From the NCBI GenBank assembly GCA_965197525.1, contig OZ240211.1, positions 544,001 through 608,000 of the forward strand: a DNA stretch of 64,000 nt, read 5' to 3'. The notes below the pieces were generated by a model, which was not told the origin of the DNA, made no database searches, and worked only from the letters and a program-made list of their open reading frames with translations. The position numbers were made by a program, and so were the translations under genes. The DNA is from Nitrosopumilus sp. (lineage in GTDB: Archaea > Thermoproteota > Nitrososphaeria > Nitrososphaerales > Nitrosopumilaceae). Each line of letters starts with the position of its first letter. Positions within the stretch are counted from its first letter, which is position 1. Shown piece after piece: positions 9,375 through 19,852 of this stretch.

Positions 9375-10823
9375 GTGGGAAAAGAAAAAGTAGGAATTAC
9401 TGTTTCAAAAAAAACTGATTTTAGTGAGTGGTACACCCAAGTGGTACTAAAGGCAAGACTTGCAGATTATGCGCCAGTCAAAGGATTAATTGTGTTAAGA
9501 CCTGATGGGTATTCCATTTGGGAATCACTGCAAAAAACATTTGATAAAAAATTTGCAAAAAATGGAGTAAGAAATGGATTTTTACCAGTATTAATTCCGG
9601 AATCACTATTGGGAAAAGAGCAGAAACATTTTGCAGGATTTAACCCAGAGGTGTTCTGGGTAACACATTCAGGAACAAACAAGATTGGGGACAGACTTGC
9701 ACTAAGACCAACATCTGAGACATTAGCATACACCATGTATGCTAAATGGATTCAGAGTTGGAGAGATTTACCACTGAAGATCAACTTTTGGAATACAGCA
9801 TTAAGAGCTGAGATCAAGGCAACAAAACCATTCCTTAGGACGTCAGAATTTTTATGGCAAGAAGGTCACACAGTACACTCGACACAACAAGAAGCAGAGG
9901 ACGAGGTAATAACGATGCTAAAAATTTACAAAAATACCGTGGAAGAAGAACTAGCCGTGCCTGTAATAACTGGAACAAAGAGTGAGAAAGAAAAGTTTGT
10001 AGGCGCAGAATATACAACGACTATGGAGGCAATCATGCCAGATGGAAAGGCACTACAGATGGGCACATCGCATTTTCTAGGACAGAACTTTTCAAGACCG
10101 TTTGAGGTAAAGTTTGCAGATAAAGACAACGTTGAACATTTTGTATGGCAGACCTCGTGGGGCGTGTCTTGGAGATTGATTGGAGCGATGATTATGGTCC
10201 ATGGAGATGACAAAGGACTTGTATTACCGCCTAGAGTGGCACCAATACAGATAGTCATTGTTCCAATTTATAAAAACCAAGAAGAGAGAGACAAAATCAT
10301 ATCCAAAGCAGGAGAGATTAAAGATATGTTAGAGTTGGAGGGTGTGCGCCTTCATATAGACAGCAGGGAAGGAATATCCACAGGATACAAATTCAACGAC
10401 TGGGAACTGAAAGGAGTACCATTACGAATAGAGATAGGTCCCAAAGATATGGAAAAACAAAGTATGGTTGTTGTAAAGAGATACAACCGTGAAAAGACCA
10501 ATCTGGATTTTGCCAAAGTCAAAGAGATTACTGAGATACTAGAACATATACAAGATGAGATGCTAAAAAAAGCAAGAGAAGAGGCACAGAGTAATACGAT
10601 GCATGTGACAGATTATGACGAATTTAAATTAAAGATAGAGAACCAAGGGGGTTTTCTTTATGCGCCTTGGTGTGGCAGAACAGAGTGCGAAGAAGCGATA
10701 AAAGAAGAGACATCAGCTGAGATCAGAGCTATTCCGTTTGAGAACGACGAGTACAATGACAAAAAATGTATTTACTGCAAGGAACCAAATAAAACAGTGC
10801 CAATCTTTGCAAGAGGATACTAG
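9375..10823 (+). CDS. proS: Proline--tRNA ligase, archaeal type
   Basis: DFSEWY, LRPTSE, FLRTSEFLWQEGH, SWGVSWRLIG, C-terminal FARGY. Confidence 0.98.
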   Translation: MGKEKVGITVSKKTDFSEWYTQVVLKARLADYAPVKGLIVLRPDGYSIWESLQKTFDKKFAKNGVRNGFLPVLIPESLLGKEQKHFAGFNPEVFWVTHSGTNKIGDRLALRPTSETLAYTMYAKWIQSWRDLPLKINFWNTALRAEIKATKPFLRTSEFLWQEGHTVHSTQQEAEDEVITMLKIYKNTVEEELAVPVITGTKSEKEKFVGAEYTTTMEAIMPDGKALQMGTSHFLGQNFSRPFEVKFADKDNVEHFVWQTSWGVSWRLIGAMIMVHGDDKGLVLPPRVAPIQIVIVPIYKNQEERDKIISKAGEIKDMLELEGVRLHIDSREGISTGYKFNDWELKGVPLRIEIGPKDMEKQSMVVVKRYNREKTNLDFAKVKEITEILEHIQDEMLKKAREEAQSNTMHVTDYDEFKLKIENQGGFLYAPWCGRTECEEAIKEETSAEIRAIPFENDEYNDKKCIYCKEPNKTVPIFARGY

Positions 10824-10956
10824 ATAAATTTTTAATGGTTTCATACAAGGTAAGAGTTTATCTTAACAAAAATGTACACATTTAACTATACAGATTCAAA
10901 CAAGATAATAAAGTAATGGGATTTATCATATTTACAATGGCATTTTTGTATTATTG

Positions 10957-11790
10957 TTACTCTGCTGACAAATCCCAATAATTAGCATCTGGTTGTGTAT
11001 CAGTTGGCATCTCGTGTTCTGTCCAATCCTTAAAAGATTTAGAATACATTTTGACATTTGTAATGCCTGCCGATTTTAGTGCATAATATGCCAGACCAGA
11101 TAATGTACCAGCACTACCACAATATGTTATGATTTGTATGTTTTTTTCTGCTGTTATGTTACGATTCTCAAATAGTCGTTTAAGCTCTTTTGGTGAACGC
11201 AGTATAGAATTATTGTCCGGATCTGCTAATGTACGATAGGGTAAATTAACTGCACCAGGAATATGATTTTCTAGAAAGTTCAAGCGTTCTCTGTTATCTA
11301 GCAGTATGGCGCCATCTGCGTCTTTTACATCATTTAGATTAGCACCTATGTCGTAATTTGGATCAGATGCAAACTTTACGCTACTGCTATTATTATTATT
11401 ATTGTTATCATTTGCTTGAACCTCGCTTTGTTCTATTGGCAGACCTAATTTCTTCCAATCTGCAAAAGTCTTTGAAAGTAATGATATTGATTTGTGTCCT
11501 GCATGTTCTAACGTCCAAGCCACACGTGAGGCCACTGCACCAAAAGAGTCATCATAAACAACTGCGTGCTGTATACCATCAATACCTGCATCGCCTGCAA
11601 GTTTTGCCACTGTTTCGGGAGAGTCATCCTTAAGCAAGTCCCACAAGGGAAATGAAATTGCACCATGCAAATGACCTTGAATATAATCTTGTGTTCTACG
11701 TGCATCAATGACACATAGTGACTTGTCTTTAATTGCATCAAGTACCGCGTCTGGTTCCATAACACATGATGCAAGCGTCATATTGGACAT
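10957..11790 (-). CDS. Two-domain rhodanese / thiosulfate sulfurtransferase
   Basis: IDAR..YIQGHLHGA, HIPGAVNL, catalytic YCGSAG. Confidence 0.9.
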   Translation of the reverse strand: MSNMTLASCVMEPDAVLDAIKDKSLCVIDARRTQDYIQGHLHGAISFPLWDLLKDDSPETVAKLAGDAGIDGIQHAVVYDDSFGAVASRVAWTLEHAGHKSISLLSKTFADWKKLGLPIEQSEVQANDNNNNNNSSSVKFASDPNYDIGANLNDVKDADGAILLDNRERLNFLENHIPGAVNLPYRTLADPDNNSILRSPKELKRLFENRNITAEKNIQIITYCGSAGTLSGLAYYALKSAGITNVKMYSKSFKDWTEHEMPTDTQPDANYWDLSAE

Positions 11791-11982
11791 GGTATAAATT
11801 GCAAGTTAGGGATTAATATAATTACTGATATATTAACTGCCTATCAACAAATTTTCTAAATGAGGTTATATGTCATCAAGTTTGAATTAAATCTAGACTA
11901 GCAGTTAGTGCTTTTGCTTGTAATATGAAATCCACAGGAGCGGAAACAACGTGTACTAGAATTAACGACTAGCACATGAACG

Positions 11983-12168
11983 CTAGGGGTCAAAGGATTC
12001 GCCAAAGATCTTCTCAATTCTTGTAGGCTTGCCACACGAGTCACACTTGCCAATTTCAGCAAACAGAGTATCGCCTGTAGCAAACTTTCGTTTGCTCTGC
12101 AAATCGCAGCCAGTGCATTGCACCACGGTATATGCAATTGTAATCTTTTCTTTCTTTGAGAAGATCAT
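11983..12168 (-). CDS. Small Zn-ribbon hypothetical protein
   Basis: CTGC..CDSC; overlaps the DUF1512 stop codon. Confidence 0.65.
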   Translation of the reverse strand: MIFSKKEKITIAYTVVQCTGCDLQSKRKFATGDTLFAEIGKCDSCGKPTRIEKIFGESFDP

Positions 12169-13310
12169 TGTAAAACTCCAACAGTATTGCCCACACCAAT
12201 GACAAGAACTAGTTGACCTTGTACGGTGTTTTCTCTGATCATATCATACACCTGTTCTCTTACATCATCTGCTTGATCAGCAATCTCTTTGGTCATCAAA
12301 GTGATCGCATCTTTTACAGATTCTTTTACCACAATTGAGAATATCGGGATGTTGTTCTCAACGGCAACCGCTTCAATCTGAAACCGCTCAGTACCAATTC
12401 CTCCTATTGCAGCACCAAAACCTTGTGCAACGGATGCAGAATCCTCACCTTCAAGTTTTAATGCCGCATCAACCATAATTACTGCATCTAATTTATTATC
12501 AGAGATAGTCGCCTCTAAAGCATCTGCAGGTCGCCCTACAACAGACAGAGGACCTTGAGCTTTTAAAAGGAATAATTCTCGACCCTCAAAATCAGTCTTT
12601 GCAAGGACGGTCTGAAAAGAGGCAATCTCTTTTTTGTGTGAAAGCATCATCTTTCCTACAACCATAGGACCAATTCCATCACCTATTGGTTGACCAGTCT
12701 CAAATGCAGATAGTGCATCCTTCATGGCTTTGGCCTCCTCCATAATAAACGGAAGAATCATCTGTAATGGCAGAATCAGAGGATAGTTATTCTGTTTTTT
12801 TGCAGTCAAAAACATGTGATTGATGATTTTGTAGATCATCTGGAGGGACGAGGCAATCTCAAGCAGGGTTTGAACTTTTGCCAACTCTACATCACTCATC
12901 TCAGGAGAAGAGATGGATTTGATGCGCTCTCTGGTATGATCCTCCCTTGATCGTACAATATGTTGAACCTTTTGAACAATCCCATTAGGATCCATGTCAA
13001 CAGGCATGATTGTAAAGTAGTCAATGAATTGATCAATCTTTTTGATAGTATTACTACTGTCATGTATTGACAGATTATTGTCCTTTACATAGTCAATCAG
13101 CGCAGTTCTTGACTCTATTCTAAAATTATCGAGTTTTTTAATGTCTTTTTTGAGGTCTCGTGACGTAACAAATAGCTGAATACGTTGGCCATAAAATACA
13201 AAGAGAATTATCGGGAGAATCCATATCAGCATTATAAGCGGGTTGGAATCATCGCCTGTTGAGAATACCTGGTCTAGATCAAAATTTGTAAAATTCACTA
13301 ATATCAGCAT
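12165..13310 (-). CDS. DUF1512 family protein
   Basis: QPIGDGIGPMV, VDAALKLEGE, GVGNTVGV motifs. Confidence 0.85.
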   Translation of the reverse strand: MLILVNFTNFDLDQVFSTGDDSNPLIMLIWILPIILFVFYGQRIQLFVTSRDLKKDIKKLDNFRIESRTALIDYVKDNNLSIHDSSNTIKKIDQFIDYFTIMPVDMDPNGIVQKVQHIVRSREDHTRERIKSISSPEMSDVELAKVQTLLEIASSLQMIYKIINHMFLTAKKQNNYPLILPLQMILPFIMEEAKAMKDALSAFETGQPIGDGIGPMVVGKMMLSHKKEIASFQTVLAKTDFEGRELFLLKAQGPLSVVGRPADALEATISDNKLDAVIMVDAALKLEGEDSASVAQGFGAAIGGIGTERFQIEAVAVENNIPIFSIVVKESVKDAITLMTKEIADQADDVREQVYDMIRENTVQGQLVLVIGVGNTVGVLQ

Positions 13311-13413
13311 ATTTAAACCAAATTAAAGCATTCGTCTTCAAAAAATACCGTGCATATTAGTCATATTAGTAAAAAAACAGAAATCTAGGTCAAGCACGAG
13401 TGCTTTTATTATA

Positions 13414-13998
13414 GTGCAAATATTAAAAAAATCACAGATGCCACAAACAAAACCCATGATAAATATAGTAAATGTAGTAGCGTCAGCAGACGTAATGCAG
13501 AAGATGGATTTGAATGAGATCACAAGAACGTTTCCTGATGTAGAGTATCATCCGGATCAGTTTCCAGGATTGGTCTTTAGATTAAAGTCACCAAAGACTG
13601 CAACGCTCATCTTTACTTCAGGTAAGATGGTATGTACAGGTTCAAAATCAGAAGAGCTGGCACGAAGAGCGGTAAAGACGGTTGTACAGAAACTCAAAAA
13701 AGGAAAGATAAAGATAAAGAAAGACGCAGAGGTAACCATTCAAAACATTGTCGCGTCAATCACGCTAGGCGGAAAAATTCACCTAGAACAAGCAGCAAGG
13801 ACATTGCCACGAAGTATGTATGAACCAGAACAATTTCCAGGACTGATTCACAGAATGATAGATCCAAAGACAGTGATCCTGTTGTTCTCATCAGGAAAAC
13901 TTGTATGTACAGGAGCCAAGCATGAAACAGATGTATTCAGATCTGTAAACAATCTACATTCGCTACTTGAAGAAAAGAATTTGATGATTTATGACTAG
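13414..13998 (+). CDS. tbp: TATA-box-binding protein (start possibly 13438)
   Basis: Two repeats YxPxQFPGL..LIFxSGKxVCTGxK. Confidence 0.98.
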   Translation: MQILKKSQMPQTKPMINIVNVVASADVMQKMDLNEITRTFPDVEYHPDQFPGLVFRLKSPKTATLIFTSGKMVCTGSKSEELARRAVKTVVQKLKKGKIKIKKDAEVTIQNIVASITLGGKIHLEQAARTLPRSMYEPEQFPGLIHRMIDPKTVILLFSSGKLVCTGAKHETDVFRSVNNLHSLLEEKNLMIYD

Positions 13999-14258
13999 TA
14001 TAAAACATCATAAATACATCTTTAACAATTTTTAATTATATATTAGATTCAACATACATGAATACATAATGTCAAAATAATCATGACATGTGGATAGAGG
14101 TAACACATGAGAAATATTTGCGTACGTAGTAAATGGCAAGACAGATGGTAAAGAAGGTTTTGTGTAACTTAGATCAAATTAAATCAAATCAAAAAAAAAA
14201 AAAATAAAAAAGAGAGATATGTATTGCGTATTATTGATTTTGGTTGTTTAAAAAATAG

Positions 14259-14630
14259 TCATTTGACAATACTGCCCAAAGGAATACTGTCTCCTCTACC
14301 TTCTTCGTCTTCTTTTACTGTCAACCAAAACGGTTTATCATCAACATCTACTGCAAGTAACATTGCATTGGATTCAACACCTGCCATTTTTCTTGGCTCA
14401 AGATTTGCAACGACAATAACTATCTTGTCCAACATAGATTCAGGAGTAAAATACTGAGCGCCGCCAATTATAACATCACGCAGGTCATCATTACCTAGAT
14501 CAATTTTGCCTCGGATGATTCTAGATTTGCCGGGAATTGGTGCAGCTTCAATAACTTTTGCAACTCTAATATCCAGCTTTGCAAAATCATCATATGATAC
14601 ACTATTCATGGTAACCAAACAGAGTACCAA
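14259..14630 (-). CDS. tRNA-binding OB-fold protein (Trbp111/CsaA-like)
   Basis: FAKLDIRVAKV, VVANLEPRKMAGVESNAMLL. Confidence 0.9.
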   Translation of the reverse strand: MVLCLVTMNSVSYDDFAKLDIRVAKVIEAAPIPGKSRIIRGKIDLGNDDLRDVIIGGAQYFTPESMLDKIVIVVANLEPRKMAGVESNAMLLAVDVDDKPFWLTVKEDEEGRGDSIPLGSIVK

Positions 14631-14645
14631 CTAAAATAAATTTCG

Positions 14646-14747
14646 AATTAATTAATCAACAATCAATCAATTAATCAATCAATTAATCAACAATCAATCA
14701 ATTAATCAACAATAATCAATTAATCAACAATCAATCAATCAATCAAC
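14646..14747. repeat. Irregular AATC/AATTAATCAAC satellite
   Basis: Direct reading of the intergenic region. Confidence 0.9.
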
Positions 14748-14820
14748 ATTACCCATATTATTTAATTAAAGACGGAACGAATTGTAAAAAATAGACGTCA
14801 TCAGTGAGTCAAATATTCGT

Positions 14821-15018
14821 TTATTGCAACTCTTCTTTTGAGACTCCACTAGTCTCAATATCATATCGTAACGAGACATCAAGCTCCTGATAGCTCTTGT
14901 CGACTAGAATAATAATTTGATCCTCAGGCACATTGACTATCTTGAGCAATTTGCCTCTCTGGTGAGCGTATGCACTCTTCCAAAAACTAGAGGCGTCAAA
15001 AGTCTGTATTTTAACCAT
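14821..15018 (-). CDS. Small hypothetical protein
   Basis: 65-aa ORF filling an intergenic gap, non-repetitive composition. Confidence 0.7.
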   Translation of the reverse strand: MVKIQTFDASSFWKSAYAHQRGKLLKIVNVPEDQIIILVDKSYQELDVSLRYDIETSGVSKEELQ

Positions 15019-15057
15019 CTACTACCCCTATCTCAAGTATTCCCATTTAAATAAAGT

Positions 15058-15135
15058 GACTGTGACGGAAGAATGGCAAACGCCATTGGAACTGGAGTTA
15101 GTGTTCCGGATTTTAGGCATTTACCCATCACAGTC
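15058..15135 (-). ncRNA. Candidate structured RNA (multi-branch junction)
   Basis: 11-bp closing stem 15058-15068/15125-15135 with a G-U pair on the minus strand, enclosing hairpins AATGGC/GCCATT and GGAAC/GTTCC; GC-richer than its flanks. Confidence 0.35.
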
Positions 15136-15167
15136 TATTCAAAGAATAAAATGATCTAATATATTTA

Positions 15168-15611
15168 ATGCGGACGCATTCTCAAAATGTGGCCAAAATC
15201 AAGGTACAGCTAGAGATTGATGCAACAATTGACAAAGTATGGAGTGTTGTGTCTGATTTAGATAATGAACCAAAATTTTGGAAAGGGACAAAGACTGTAA
15301 AGAATATATCAAAAGAAGACGATGGGCATACCATTAACAGAGAAATTACAATTGCGTTCAGGGATCAGGTGTGTCATCAACAAGTAAAGCTTTATCCGAA
15401 AGAGAAGATAGTAGCTAAATTCACAAAAGGCATCATAGACGGCGAAAAAGAGATAACTCTGGTGCCAAAGGATAAAAAAACTATACTATATGCGTACTGG
15501 GACATAAGTTTAACCGGTATGATGGGCATCTTTACTGGAATGATTAAAAAACACATCAAGAACGGGACGCAACAAGCCTTGACAAACATCAAAGAGGAGA
15601 TAGAAAGATAG
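15168..15611 (+). CDS. SRPBCC/START-like (polyketide cyclase) family protein
   Basis: IDATIDKVWSVVSDL..PKFW signature. Confidence 0.85.
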   Translation: MRTHSQNVAKIKVQLEIDATIDKVWSVVSDLDNEPKFWKGTKTVKNISKEDDGHTINREITIAFRDQVCHQQVKLYPKEKIVAKFTKGIIDGEKEITLVPKDKKTILYAYWDISLTGMMGIFTGMIKKHIKNGTQQALTNIKEEIER

Positions 15612-15612
15612 T

Positions 15613-16830
15613 ATGGATAGCATCATACTGTTTACGGACATCTTCAACTATGTATTGACTGCAATTTTAATTGCAGTATCAGGTACATGGATATTTTTTA
15701 TAAAATCAATGATAGATTCATTTAGACTGTCACCACAGCTAGATAAATTCAAGAATACTTCAAAATCAGCACCCAAAGTATCAATAATTCTCCCCGCAAG
15801 AGATGAGGAGAAGTTCATAAGAAAATGTTTGGATTCACTGATTAAGCAAGATTACAAAAATTATGAAATAATAGTGATTGATGACTCTTCAAAAGATGCA
15901 ACTGGAAAAATAATTACAGAGTATGCAGAGGCGCATTCCAATATAATAGCAGTATCTGCAAGACCAAAACCAGATGGCTGGATGGGGAAAAATTGGGCAT
16001 GCATGGAAGGATATAAAAAAGTAACAGGAGACCTATTGCTGTTCACAGATGCTGATACTGTCCACGCTAAAAACGTAATATCGCTTGCGGTAGCACATTT
16101 GAACACTTTTGATTTAGATGCGTTATCTGTAATGCCAAAACTGCTGACATATGATTTCTGGACAAATATCACACTGCCGCTGATCTCTGCATTTTTGCAC
16201 ACAAGATTTTCACCATTAAATGTAAATAATCCCGCAAAGAAGACGGGTTACTTTTTTGGAAGTTTCTTCATTTTGAAAAATACAACGTATCAGGAGATTG
16301 GGACACACAAGGCAGTAAAACATGAGATTATCGAAGATGCCGCACTAGGAAGAAAAGTAAAAGAGTCAGGCTACAAACTAAAGATGGTGAGGGGAGAGCA
16401 CCTAATTGATGCCGTCTGGGCCAGAGAGAAAAATACGTTATGGCACGGATTGAAGAGACTGATAATTCCGTTATATATTCAAGATAAAAAGATTGGAGTA
16501 GGGGTGTTCCTTGCGGTGTTATTTCTGCTATTTGTTCCGTTTTTGGTATTTGGAGTATCAGTACTATTACAGGTAGAGTCCGCATCTGCCTACGTACTGT
16601 GTATCAGCTCAGCAGTTGCGTCAATTTTGGCCTACATTGGGACAATAATTGAGGTAAAGGTAGGATTAAAGTTAAAAAGCATCTACATATTTTTTGCGCC
16701 ACTAGGAGGTCTAGTAGTAGTTTCAGCATTTCTAAGTGGACTACTACAGGCTACGACGAACTCTGCAGTAGAATGGAGGGGAAGAAGTTACTCTATTGGC
16801 GACGGCAGTCACATGCAGAAAACAGTATAA
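15613..16830 (+). CDS. Membrane glycosyltransferase family 2
   Basis: VSIILPARDEE, VIDDSS, GWMGKNWAC, LLFTDAD, IIEDAALG. Confidence 0.92.
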   Translation: MDSIILFTDIFNYVLTAILIAVSGTWIFFIKSMIDSFRLSPQLDKFKNTSKSAPKVSIILPARDEEKFIRKCLDSLIKQDYKNYEIIVIDDSSKDATGKIITEYAEAHSNIIAVSARPKPDGWMGKNWACMEGYKKVTGDLLLFTDADTVHAKNVISLAVAHLNTFDLDALSVMPKLLTYDFWTNITLPLISAFLHTRFSPLNVNNPAKKTGYFFGSFFILKNTTYQEIGTHKAVKHEIIEDAALGRKVKESGYKLKMVRGEHLIDAVWAREKNTLWHGLKRLIIPLYIQDKKIGVGVFLAVLFLLFVPFLVFGVSVLLQVESASAYVLCISSAVASILAYIGTIIEVKVGLKLKSIYIFFAPLGGLVVVSAFLSGLLQATTNSAVEWRGRSYSIGDGSHMQKTV

Positions 16831-16903
16831 TCCATAGAATGCAAAAATGACATAAAATATGAGTAGTAATCCTTTTAGATAGAAAAATAAAAAAAATCAT
16901 CAC

Positions 16904-18154
16904 ATGGTAAATACAAATTCGGTTATAGGTGGAAGTATCGGGGCAATAATGATAATTGCGCTAGTTGTAACTGTGTTTGTTGCACCTCCAGAATCGATGA
17001 GAACGGTCATAAATGATTATGGTGATGATGATGATGATTATAATGATATAGACGATGTAACGGTTAATGCAATCAAAAATGAGAGCATGCTAAAAGATGA
17101 AATTAAAGCACTCAAAGGCGAGATTGAGGCATTAAGCAAAATAACAACAGTAACGGCAAAAGATGAAGGCAAATTATCGTTAATTGAGATCTTTGAGAGA
17201 TCAGAACCGAGCGTAGTCAGCGTCAATGTACATAGAAATCAGACTACAAACATAATAAATGACAATGGCGGTAACAGCCTAGGCTCAGGTTTTGTATTTG
17301 ACATAGAAGGGTACATAATAACAAACGAGCATGTTGTAACGAATGCAACAAAGATAGTAATAACATTTCTTGACGGCAGAGAATACAATGCAGAGATTAT
17401 AGGATATGATGCAGACACAGATATTGCAGTACTCAAAGTTAATTCAGAGTTAGCATCACTGCGTCCACTGATCATAGGAGATTCATCAGAGCTCAAAGTT
17501 GGAGAGACGATAGCTGCGATTGGAAATCCGTTTGGACTATCAGGTTCGATGACATCAGGGATTGTAAGTCAGTTAGAAAGACTGCTTCCGGCAGAATCAG
17601 GATTTTCAATTCCGGGCATAATCCAGACAGATGCTGCAATTAATCCAGGAAATTCAGGAGGGCCGCTGCTCAACTTGTACGGAGAGGTAGTTGGTATCAA
17701 CACTGCAATACAGTCAACTACAGGGGAGTTTACAGGCGTGGGGTTCGCAATACCTTCACAGACAGTCTCCAAGATTGTTCCCAGACTCATAGAGGAAGGA
17801 GAGTACAAACATCCATGGATCGGGATCTCAGGCAGAGATATTGATCCAGACCTAGCGAAAGCGTTGAATCTAAAAGAGGCAGTAGGGTTTCTCATAATTA
17901 CAGTCGTGGAGGATAGTCCTGCATACAAAGCAGGTTTGATAGGTTCTGACCAAACAGTAGAGATTGACGGAGTCGCTCATACAATAGGAGGAGATATAAT
18001 TATAGCAGTAGACGGAATCGAAGTAAGAAAGATTGATGATATCTTAGTTCATCTGCAGGGGACAAAGGCAGTAGGAGATGAGATGGTATTGGAGGTTCTC
18101 AGAGACGGAAGAACAACAGAGATTACAGTTTTGTTACAGGCAAGACCCGGTTAA
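16904..18154 (+). CDS. htrA: HtrA/DegP serine protease with PDZ domain
   Basis: ITNEHVV, DTDIAVL, QTDAAINPGNSGGPL; N-terminal TM anchor. Confidence 0.95.
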   Translation: MVNTNSVIGGSIGAIMIIALVVTVFVAPPESMRTVINDYGDDDDDYNDIDDVTVNAIKNESMLKDEIKALKGEIEALSKITTVTAKDEGKLSLIEIFERSEPSVVSVNVHRNQTTNIINDNGGNSLGSGFVFDIEGYIITNEHVVTNATKIVITFLDGREYNAEIIGYDADTDIAVLKVNSELASLRPLIIGDSSELKVGETIAAIGNPFGLSGSMTSGIVSQLERLLPAESGFSIPGIIQTDAAINPGNSGGPLLNLYGEVVGINTAIQSTTGEFTGVGFAIPSQTVSKIVPRLIEEGEYKHPWIGISGRDIDPDLAKALNLKEAVGFLIITVVEDSPAYKAGLIGSDQTVEIDGVAHTIGGDIIIAVDGIEVRKIDDILVHLQGTKAVGDEMVLEVLRDGRTTEITVLLQARPG

Positions 18155-18157
18155 CAT

Positions 18158-18543
18158 GGGAATTATATACCTAGGTTACGTTTCTGCACCAAGGTTTTTT
18201 TCTGACAGTCCAACAAATCATTCACAGCTTCCTGTTGGAACGCAGTTGTTGCCACATTGGTGTGGTATTTGTTGCTCCATGGCATGGTGTGATGTATGGT
18301 AGTAATGGTACGGCTTGTCTTGATTTTGTCATATTTTTCAACCAGTCCTGCCTCTACGCCCATGTTGAAAAAATACGTCTGAAAGTTTGCAATCTTGCGT
18401 GCCTTTAATGACAGTTCTTTTGTCTGCCTTGGTTTTACAATCACTGTTCTATAAATAAAATCTTTTATTTCTTTTTCCATCCAGTTAATAATCGGTGTAT
18501 TATATATAATTGACGTATAATGTAATCCAAGTATGTAATTCCC
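18158..18543 (-). mobile_element. MITE derived from family-A tnpB element (386 bp)
   Basis: Same TIRs as 1581-3217; perfect 8-bp TSD GTTAACAT at 18150-18157 and 18544-18551; corresponds to 1581-1893 joined to 3145-3217. Confidence 0.95.
18163..18480 (-). pseudogene. tnpB: In-frame internally deleted tnpB (105 aa, no RuvC)
   Basis: First 83 aa and last 22 aa match the 522-aa TnpB. Confidence 0.93.
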
Positions 18544-18552
18544 GTTAACATA

Positions 18553-19852
18553 CAGTAGTCGGAAATGTACCCATTAGGCAGGTTTTCCGACATCATACGG
18601 TTGACCCACCATCCTACATAATTCCAATGCAGCCATTGCTGTAGCATATACGACAAGTGCCAAAGTCACACGATCATAACTCGAATCTGCACGATACTGC
18701 TCCACTGCCCACGCGTTGTACATGAACAGCGAGACGTAAAACATGATTACCCTAAACGACGCATTGCGGCTTGTTGTCCTCGGGCGTACCTGCTCGACTT
18801 GCTTGTATCCTGTCTCTATCCCCCACCTTCTCCGGTACTCCTCCGGAAGCGTCTCAATCTCGTCTAGTGCCCTGGTAGGAGAAAGATTGGTGGCAAAGAC
18901 ATGATATCTTTCCGTGGTATTGACATCAGGATCGTCTATCTTTTTTGAGGGTGTGATTATCAATGTGAATGTGACAGACTGGCCTGCTGCGTTTCTGACG
19001 GTGTACTGCGAGACTGCCTTGCGTAATTTATCGTGATGCTCTTGTATCATCCTCTTTATCCCCGTGTTCTTGACTGCAGGCATCAGGAACTTGCGTCCGT
19101 GTTCTGATACAAGTTTGATTATCTCAGTCGAGTAAAACTCGCGGTCCATCAGCAGCAACCGGGCCCGTATCCTGTAATCCACGAGTTTTTGGACGAATTT
19201 ACGCACAAAGTCGGCGTCATCCACGCTGCGCGTGACCTGCATGCACTCTAAAATGGCCGGAACCTGTTCTGCTACCACATGCATTGTTGCGTAACACTCG
19301 AACTTGCTTGTACCGCCCTTTGGTTTGGATCTTGTCAGATGTGACATGTTGTCCTTGTCGTGCCTTGGTATCAGGTGTTTATCTATTGCTACTAGTACGC
19401 CCCCCTTGTACCGGCACGTATTCTTGGCAAGCCTTGCGGTGCGTGTGATCATATCCATGCAGAGCTCGTCTGCACTGTCTGATTCCAGCGAGTTTATCAT
19501 GTTGCGAAACCACTTGGGCGACGGCATCTTCTTTTTGGCGTGCTTGAGCAGCCGGATTGCCTCCTCAGAAGCTATGTTGGATTCAGACATCTTCATCAGT
19601 ATGGCTGCAAACTCGCTTACCCCGTATTGGGCATTGTTCCTCGTAGAGAATCCTATGGGTGCAGACTCTAGTATTCCTGACAAGGTATTAAGTATCCTTT
19701 CTCCAATCTTATTGTGGTGTACCTGCCCACCTTTTTGCGTTAACACTAAGGTGGGTAAGGGCACTGTAGGTAATAGATCAGTATGTTCGAAGAATGTTAA
19801 CATAATTGAGAACATCTGTTGGTTGATTTAGGGAGTACATTTCCGACTACTG
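18553..19852 (-). mobile_element. ISH3-family insertion sequence (1300 bp)
   Basis: 18-bp perfect TIR CAGTAGTCGGAAATGTAC; 5-bp TSD ACATA (18548-18552, 19853-19857); GC-rich interior. Confidence 0.92.
18574..19815 (-). CDS. ISH3/IS4-like DDE transposase
   Basis: AIDKH, LMDREF, YRRRWGIETGY, RPRTTS motifs. Confidence 0.92.
   Translation of the reverse strand: MFSIMLTFFEHTDLLPTVPLPTLVLTQKGGQVHHNKIGERILNTLSGILESAPIGFSTRNNAQYGVSEFAAILMKMSESNIASEEAIRLLKHAKKKMPSPKWFRNMINSLESDSADELCMDMITRTARLAKNTCRYKGGVLVAIDKHLIPRHDKDNMSHLTRSKPKGGTSKFECYATMHVVAEQVPAILECMQVTRSVDDADFVRKFVQKLVDYRIRARLLLMDREFYSTEIIKLVSEHGRKFLMPAVKNTGIKRMIQEHHDKLRKAVSQYTVRNAAGQSVTFTLIITPSKKIDDPDVNTTERYHVFATNLSPTRALDEIETLPEEYRRRWGIETGYKQVEQVRPRTTSRNASFRVIMFYVSLFMYNAWAVEQYRADSSYDRVTLALVVYATAMAALELCRMVGQPYDVGKPA

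Noticed and set aside
15058-15135. tRNA gene
   Set aside because: The D-loop-like TGGCAAACG is present but there is no TTCRA T-loop, anticodon arm or correct spacing on either strand
4812-18543. Near-identical sizes of the two unrelated MITEs (388 and 386 bp) as a functional length constraint
   Set aside because: Two examples cannot be distinguished from coincidence
19304-19831. Many 60-175 aa ORFs antisense to, or nested in, well-supported genes (example given)
   Set aside because: They overlap confident CDSs on the opposite strand or another frame and carry no recognisable motifs
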